Source: Hyalangium minutum (GTDB taxonomy: Bacteria > Myxococcota > Myxococcia > Myxococcales > Myxococcaceae). From it: a stretch of 64,000 nucleotides of DNA. Below the pieces are notes generated by a model. That model had not been told where the DNA came from, did no database searches, and saw only the letters and a program-made list of their open reading frames with translations. The stretch is taken from positions 157,106 to 221,105 of the forward strand of contig NZ_JMCB01000022.1 in the NCBI RefSeq assembly GCF_000737315.1, read 5' to 3'. Of this stretch, positions 58,133 through 64,000 are shown piece after piece. Numbering within the stretch: position 1 is the first letter of the stretch; each line of letters starts with the position of its first letter. Both the position numbers and the translations under genes were made by a program.

Positions 58133-60994
58133 ATGAAGAAGCTGTTGCTCGTCGGGGCATTGACCCTGGGTGCTGCTTCCTGCGCCCCAGATATCAAGCA
58201 GGATGAGGCGCCGGATGTCGTGCTCGCGGACTTCAATCCGGCCGGCTCGCCTGTGGTTGTTCCCACACCGAATGACCTGGCCATTGATTCGACCACCGGG
58301 TTGGTCAACGCGCCCATTGACCCCAGTGCTCCCGCAGCGCAGCAGGAGTTCACCCGGGACTACCTGAATACGCTCAACGGCTTCCCCACCTCGGTGACGG
58401 CGTTCACGAAGATCGCCGACCTGGACAAGACCACCGTCAACACCAACTCGGTGCGGTTCATCGACTTGCTGGCGGGCACGGCCATTGCCACGCCGGCCGT
58501 CACGCCGACGATTGCCTATGACGAGGACACGGACCAGCTCATCGTCGCTCCGCCGCCCTCGGGCTGGCCGAAGGGTGGCCGCTATGCCATCGCGCTCGTG
58601 GGTGGCGCCAACGGCCTGAAGGGCGTGGGCGGCAAGCAGGTGGTGGGCTCGTCGGTGTGGTCGCTCGCGTCGCTGGAGAAGTCGCTCGTCACCTGCGAGG
58701 ACCTGACGGCTTCGAACTGTCTGGCCAGCACGGACCTCATTCCCTCCACCAAGACGGACCCGTCCGAGCGCATCAAGGACCAGGCGGCTACCGCGCTGCG
58801 CCTGGAGCAGCTGCGCCGCTCGTACAAGCCGCTGCTGGACGCGCTGGTGGCGCAGGGCGTGAACCGCTCGGACATCGTGCTGCTGTGGACCTTCCGCATC
58901 ATGAACATGCCGGAGGCCACGTTCGACCCGGCCGCCAGCATCATCCCCTTCCCCAACAACATCCTGCTGGCGCGGAACGCGGACGGCACCACGCACCTGA
59001 ACCTGCCCATCCCGCCGACTGCCCCGCAGTCGCAGAAGGATCTGCTCAACGGGCTGAACACGCTGGACGGGTTCTCCACCACCGCGCCCATCGTCTCGGA
59101 GAACAGCGACACGCGCGGCCCCATCGACACGGGTAGCCGCCTGGACGCGAGCAGCGTGGCGGCGGGCACCAAGTTCATCAAGCTGGGCACCGGCGGCACG
59201 GCCCCGAGCGTGACGGCGTGCCTGAACTGCGCCTCCAGCAAGAACGCTGACGGCAGCACGCCGAACAACGCGCAGCAGCTCCAGTTCGTGCCGCAGCTTC
59301 CGCTGGACGAGAAGTCCACCTACGCGGCGGTGATGACCACGGCCCTGAAGGACGAGCGCGGCCGGCAGGTGGCGCCGTCGGGGCCCTTCGCGCTGATGCG
59401 CCTGAGCAGCCCGCTGGTGGTGGACGGCAAGAGCCAGGTGTCGGGCGTGTCGGACGCCAACGCCGCTGCGCTCGAGCCGCTGCGCGCCGGCTTCAAGTCC
59501 ATGTTTGACGTGCTGGCTCAGGCGGGCATCCCGCGCTCGAAGATTTCGCTGGCGTGGGCCTTCACCACGCAGAGCACGGTGTCCACGCTGCAGAAGCTGT
59601 ACGCGCTGCCCACGCAGTATGGGGCCGCGGGCCTGCCCAACGCGCCGCTCTACCTGCTGGACGTCACCACCCAGGTGAAGGCTCAAATGGGTGCGCTGCC
59701 CAAGGACCACATCGGCAAGATCTTCCAGGGAACGGCCATCGTGCCCTTCGTGCTGACGGACCCGCGCGGCGTCTTTGACCCCACCAAGCCCAAGTTCGAG
59801 CGCGCGACTTTCCTGCTGGCGCTGCCCAGCACGGCCGCGCCCGCGAACGGTTACCCCGTCACCATCTTCAGCCACGGCCTCCGGAGCCATAAAGGCACGG
59901 TCCTCCCCCTCTTCGATGCCCTGGCCACGGGTGGCCACGCCACCATCGCCATGGACACCGTGTTCCACGGTGACCGCAGCACCTGCGCCGGCATCACCGC
60001 GGCCGCTGGACTGGTTGATGGGTCCAACAACCCCATCGACACGCCGGACAAGGCCTGCAACACGGGCTCGACGTGCGATGTGACGCCGACCAGCCCGACC
60101 TTTGGCCGGTGCATGCCAGTGGCCCCCACGACCTGCAACCCGACGGTGGCCACCGGTGAGGGAATCTGTGCCGCAGCAGCCCTGGGCCACTGCGTGCCCA
60201 CCAGCACCACCGACCCGACGGTGGGCGCCTGCGAGGGTGGCTTCAAGTCCAACAGCGGGACGCCGTACATCTCCGGTTGGAACATGCTCAACCTGACCAA
60301 CCTCTTCGCCACGCGCGACAACTTCCGTCAGCACACGGTCGAGCACGCTCAGTTGGAGCGCGTGCTCACGGCCACGAGCACCACCAGCCTCAACGCCCAG
60401 CTCGAGGCGCAGAGCGCCGGCAAGCTCGATGGCACGAAGATCCACTACGTGGGCCAGAGCCTCGGCGGCATCCTGGGGCCCCTGTACACCTCCGCGTCTC
60501 CGGTGGTGAAGAACGCGGTGTTCAACGTGCCGGCGGGCGACCTGACGGGCGTGCTGTTCAACTCGCCGGCCTTTGCCCAGGCGAAGGCTGGCTTCATCGC
60601 GGCGCTGGGCGCGCAAGGGCTCACCCCGGGCACGCCGGGCTTCGATCAGTTCCTGGTGCTGGGGAAGACCATCCTCGACCCGGCGGATCCCATCAACTAC
60701 GTCTACGCCGTGGAGAACGGCCCCGCGTCTCCCGCGACAGGCCGCGAGGCGCTGATTCAGTACATCGAGAAGGACCAGGTCTCCCCCAACGCGCAGACCG
60801 AGGCGCTCATCGCCGCGGCCAACCGCACCGGAGCGCCGAAGACGGTGAACGTCTCCAAGTTCACGCCCACCGAGGCCGAGCTGCCGCTGGATAAGCGCCA
60901 CGCGTTCCTGCTCGACTTCCAAGGCAACCCCACGATCACGGGCCAGGCACAGGGCCAGGTGGTCCAGTTCCTCGGCACCGGGGCGCTCCCGTAA
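58133..60994 (+). CDS. Large lipoprotein lipase (Pla-1/cef, VolA-like) with Ig-like N-terminus
   Basis: Lipobox AASC; PFPNN and LNTLDGFST motifs; IFSHG; GQSLG nucleophile; candidate Asp (EKDQ) and His (RHAF). Confidence 0.82.
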   Translation: MKKLLLVGALTLGAASCAPDIKQDEAPDVVLADFNPAGSPVVVPTPNDLAIDSTTGLVNAPIDPSAPAAQQEFTRDYLNTLNGFPTSVTAFTKIADLDKTTVNTNSVRFIDLLAGTAIATPAVTPTIAYDEDTDQLIVAPPPSGWPKGGRYAIALVGGANGLKGVGGKQVVGSSVWSLASLEKSLVTCEDLTASNCLASTDLIPSTKTDPSERIKDQAATALRLEQLRRSYKPLLDALVAQGVNRSDIVLLWTFRIMNMPEATFDPAASIIPFPNNILLARNADGTTHLNLPIPPTAPQSQKDLLNGLNTLDGFSTTAPIVSENSDTRGPIDTGSRLDASSVAAGTKFIKLGTGGTAPSVTACLNCASSKNADGSTPNNAQQLQFVPQLPLDEKSTYAAVMTTALKDERGRQVAPSGPFALMRLSSPLVVDGKSQVSGVSDANAAALEPLRAGFKSMFDVLAQAGIPRSKISLAWAFTTQSTVSTLQKLYALPTQYGAAGLPNAPLYLLDVTTQVKAQMGALPKDHIGKIFQGTAIVPFVLTDPRGVFDPTKPKFERATFLLALPSTAAPANGYPVTIFSHGLRSHKGTVLPLFDALATGGHATIAMDTVFHGDRSTCAGITAAAGLVDGSNNPIDTPDKACNTGSTCDVTPTSPTFGRCMPVAPTTCNPTVATGEGICAAAALGHCVPTSTTDPTVGACEGGFKSNSGTPYISGWNMLNLTNLFATRDNFRQHTVEHAQLERVLTATSTTSLNAQLEAQSAGKLDGTKIHYVGQSLGGILGPLYTSASPVVKNAVFNVPAGDLTGVLFNSPAFAQAKAGFIAALGAQGLTPGTPGFDQFLVLGKTILDPADPINYVYAVENGPASPATGREALIQYIEKDQVSPNAQTEALIAAANRTGAPKTVNVSKFTPTEAELPLDKRHAFLLDFQGNPTITGQAQGQVVQFLGTGALP

Positions 60995-61021
60995 CCCTCA
61001 GCGAGAGAGGACACGTACTCC

Positions 61022-62218
61022 ATGATGAAAAAGACACTCTCTGTCGTAACCCTGCTCGCCGCTGGCCTCAGCCACGCCGCGGGCTTCTCCTTCGACACCC
61101 ACAGCGGCCGGGCCACCGGCATGTCGTACGCGACCACTGCGGTCACGGACGACTCCACCGCCATCGCCTTCAACGTCTCCAACATCCTGAGCGTGGAGAA
61201 GCTCGACATCGCGGTGGGTGACGTCACCACGCTGCCCAAGCTGTCCTTCACCCCTGAGGGCGGCACCAAGCAGAACATGGGCACCACGGTGGTGCCACCG
61301 CCCCACCTGTTCGGCGTCTACCGCATCAACGACTCGATGGCCGCCGGCGTGGGCGTCTACGTGCCCTACGCCGCAGGCTCCAACTGGAAGGATGACTTCC
61401 CGTTCCGCACGCGGGGCTACTACGCCAAGCTGGCCACGTACTACGTGAGCCCCTCGTTCGCGTACCAGCCGCACAAGAACTTCCGGCTCGGCGTCGGGTT
61501 GAATGTCGTCCGCGGCACGGTGGAGATCACCCGGAAGATCAACTTCATCGACAGCGAGGGCACCATCAACCTGGGCGGTGGCGGCTGGGCTCTCGGCTAC
61601 AACGCGGGCATCAACATCACCCTCCTGGAGAACCTGCTGGACGTCGGCGCCACGTTCCGCAGCCCCACGAAGATCACCTTCAAGGGTCAGGGCGACTTCC
61701 AGGACATCCCCCCGGCGTTCCAGACCACGCTGGTGGACCAGGACCTGAAGTCGACGATCACCCTGCCTGGCACGGCGAACCTGGGCGTGGGCTTCACGCC
61801 CATCGAGGGCCTGACGCTCGCGTTCGACGCACAACTGGTGCTCTGGTCGACCTTCGAGGAGTTCGGCATCGAGTTCGAGAACCCGGCGCTGACGAACATC
61901 GCGGCGAAGAACTGGAAGGACACCTGGAACTTCCGCGTGGGCGCGGAGTACGCCGTGACGAAGAACGTGCTGGTGCGGGTGGGTGCTGCGTATGACCCGA
62001 TTCCCAGCCCCGAGGACACGCTCACGCCGGAGCTGCCGGATTCCAACCGGTACAAGGCCTCGGCGGGCCTCGGCTTCAAGTTCGATCCGATCCGGGCGGA
62101 CCTGGGCTACCAGTTCGTCGTCCTGAAGGACACGAAGAGCACGGCGGTGGGCTACGAGGGCACCTACAACGGCAAGGGCCACGTGCTCGGGCTCACGCTC
62201 GGTTACTCGATGAAGTAA
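61022..62218 (+). CDS. FadL/OmpP1-family long-chain fatty-acid outer-membrane transporter
   Basis: Mature N-terminus AGFSF (FadL AGF hatch), GRATGMSYA, TPELPDSNR, beta-barrel pattern. Confidence 0.9.
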   Translation: MMKKTLSVVTLLAAGLSHAAGFSFDTHSGRATGMSYATTAVTDDSTAIAFNVSNILSVEKLDIAVGDVTTLPKLSFTPEGGTKQNMGTTVVPPPHLFGVYRINDSMAAGVGVYVPYAAGSNWKDDFPFRTRGYYAKLATYYVSPSFAYQPHKNFRLGVGLNVVRGTVEITRKINFIDSEGTINLGGGGWALGYNAGINITLLENLLDVGATFRSPTKITFKGQGDFQDIPPAFQTTLVDQDLKSTITLPGTANLGVGFTPIEGLTLAFDAQLVLWSTFEEFGIEFENPALTNIAAKNWKDTWNFRVGAEYAVTKNVLVRVGAAYDPIPSPEDTLTPELPDSNRYKASAGLGFKFDPIRADLGYQFVVLKDTKSTAVGYEGTYNGKGHVLGLTLGYSMK

Positions 62219-62245
62219 CGAAGCATCGACTGTTGAAGTGAGTTC

Positions 62246-62286
62246 AAGCCCGGGTTCCTCCTCGCGAGGACCCGGGCTTTCTCTTT
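62246..62286 (+). terminator. Rho-independent terminator after the FadL-like gene
   Basis: AAGCCCGGGT-TCCTC / GAGG-ACCCGGGCTT stem followed by TCTCTTT. Confidence 0.85.
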
Positions 62287-62312
62287 GGCATCTATAGGTA
62301 GAAAGGGAGTTC

Positions 62313-63839
62313 CTACCGATTGAGCCGATAGACGTACACATGCCGTACCGGCCTGCTCGGCGGGCTCTCTTCGGCCTCGTCCCAGGCGACGATAGGCACT
62401 CCGTCGGGACTGAGGTGAAGAGAAGGATGTGCTGCTCCTGTTGCTCCTGGGTTGGCACTCAATGGGCCGCCCACAGGCACCCATTGCCCATCCGCCCAAT
62501 GATGAACGTAGATGTTGGTGGTGTTCCCATCCTTACCGGTCCAAGCCACGATGGGGTCTCCTGAGGCATCCGCTGCCAAAACCGGATCATCTATCCCTGA
62601 AATGGCAGGATTTGCGTTGATGCCCTCTCCGAGGGGCTCCCACGCAGTCCCCGACCAACGCCTTACGTACAGGTTGCGTGAAGTTCCTCCCTCATCGTCT
62701 TCCAGCCATGCCACCATCGGAGCTCCAGTTGGGCCCACCTGGAGGCTCGGTTTCCTTACGCCTGTGGTACCGGGTTTCGCGCTCAGGGCACCACCGATCG
62801 GGCTCCATCCTCCTGTCGAGACGCGGCCGACATACAAATCAGAATAGGTACCATTGGACTCGCTCCAGGCGGCGATGGGCTGAGCAGCGCTTCCAAAACT
62901 AACAACCGCGTCTAGGACGCTGGTTTGTGATTCCGTACGTGCTTGGAGCTTTCCACTCAACGCCCAGTCCGTACCGGTCCACAGCCCAAAGTAAGCATCA
63001 CTGGTTGGAGGAGGAAATGATGCATAGCCATCATGCTGTGCCCAGATCACCATGGGGTTTCCTGCCCCATCCAATTGAAGGCTTGGCTTGCTTGCAACTG
63101 CAGCAGCTATAAGGCCATTGCTCAGGCGGCCTGTCTCCTGCCACTGACCTTCCCAGCGTGAGATGTACACAAAGGCTCCACCCACGGAGTACCAAGCCAC
63201 CACAGGACGATCAGTGCTATCCACAGCAAGCGCGGGGGGACCTGCAAATACAATGGTCCAAGAACCAGACACAGCGTCGCCTACTCCTTGCCAACTGGTG
63301 CCATTCCAGCGCTGGACGAAGACGTGCGCTTCACTGAATGACTGTCTCGTGGGTGGCCTCTCCAGCCAGGCCACGACTGGGTTCCCACGCGAGTCCAGCG
63401 TGAGCGCAGGGGACTCGGCCGGGCTAGAGACAGCACTGCCCTCATCAGCAAAGTGGCTCAGCGAACCTCCCATGGGAAGCCAAGCTGGGTATTTCCAGTT
63501 CCATGTCCCTGAATCAGCGACGGCATTTCCGGCTCGGTCCCTCAAAGCACTCAGGTTGACTGAAAATTCGTTGGGGGCGTTGGGCTGAGAGCTCGGAGTG
63601 ATGGTCAGTTCTGTGCCACCTGAAGAGAGTGACAGGGTCTTGGCCAGCTCGATGGGTGAACCGCTGGTCTGTAGCAAGAGATGCACCTGCGAGTCCGTCA
63701 CAACCGCTGGGTCGATAGACTCTGAAAACGTCACCCCAATCGGCTCGTGCACGGAGACCTGTTGGGCACCAGGGCTGGGTTGACGCAGCAGCACCTGTGG
63801 CGGAGTCCTGTCCACGACCACTTCTCGTGCTTCGCTCAT
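62313..63839 (-). CDS. Ig-like (Big_5) plus beta-propeller-repeat protein, probably 5'-truncated; low GC
   Basis: DRTPPQV...IGVTFSESID Ig-like domain; repeated P.L.LD..G.P.VAW.E units; no signal peptide; in-frame TGA at 63909-63911. Confidence 0.7.
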   Translation of the reverse strand: MSEAREVVVDRTPPQVLLRQPSPGAQQVSVHEPIGVTFSESIDPAVVTDSQVHLLLQTSGSPIELAKTLSLSSGGTELTITPSSQPNAPNEFSVNLSALRDRAGNAVADSGTWNWKYPAWLPMGGSLSHFADEGSAVSSPAESPALTLDSRGNPVVAWLERPPTRQSFSEAHVFVQRWNGTSWQGVGDAVSGSWTIVFAGPPALAVDSTDRPVVAWYSVGGAFVYISRWEGQWQETGRLSNGLIAAAVASKPSLQLDGAGNPMVIWAQHDGYASFPPPTSDAYFGLWTGTDWALSGKLQARTESQTSVLDAVVSFGSAAQPIAAWSESNGTYSDLYVGRVSTGGWSPIGGALSAKPGTTGVRKPSLQVGPTGAPMVAWLEDDEGGTSRNLYVRRWSGTAWEPLGEGINANPAISGIDDPVLAADASGDPIVAWTGKDGNTTNIYVHHWADGQWVPVGGPLSANPGATGAAHPSLHLSPDGVPIVAWDEAEESPPSRPVRHVYVYRLNR

Positions 63840-64000
63840 GAAGGTCTGCGCACCTCGGCGTGCTTTCGCCTTCAGTGCATAAGTGCCCTCTGGTTTCGTG
63901 GTAAGAGTTCACCGGCTCAAGCAGCCAGAGCAGCCGGAGCGGTCTCGAAGCTCGGGAGTAGCGAGGGAGGCTGGAGGCCGTGGCGGTGCGCCGCCAAGGC

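Overview
High-GC myxobacterial (Myxococcales, Cystobacterineae-like) chromosomal DNA, almost fully coding, about 50 genes. Taxonomy is inferred from gene content and codon style. No rRNA, tRNA, CRISPR array, transposase or integrase was recognised. Housekeeping-type genes include glnA, a Fur-family regulator, atpH, atpA, MATE and MFS transporters and a FadL-like porin. There are four PAS/GAF histidine kinases, three response regulators, many lipoproteins and a TonB-fused TonB-dependent receptor. Main observations: (1) a two-component locus (16.2-20.2 kb) where a response regulator carries a RelE/ParE-toxin-like output domain, a stand-alone RelE-like ORF sits 6 nt upstream of a histidine kinase, the two share a 16-bp upstream motif, and no antitoxin is seen; (2) an adjacent MoxR-vWA-beta-propeller (bpX5/bpX6-type) conflict operon; (3) a coupled GrpE-like / Hsp70 / 655-aa unknown / non-canonical (HPP) J-domain operon; (4) a histidine kinase between atpH and atpA, with no atpG after atpA; (5) three tandem paralogous small beta-barrel genes; (6) a patatin with an effector-like N-terminus and a VolA-like lipase + FadL pair. 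All family assignments come from motif recognition by eye; no database search was run.
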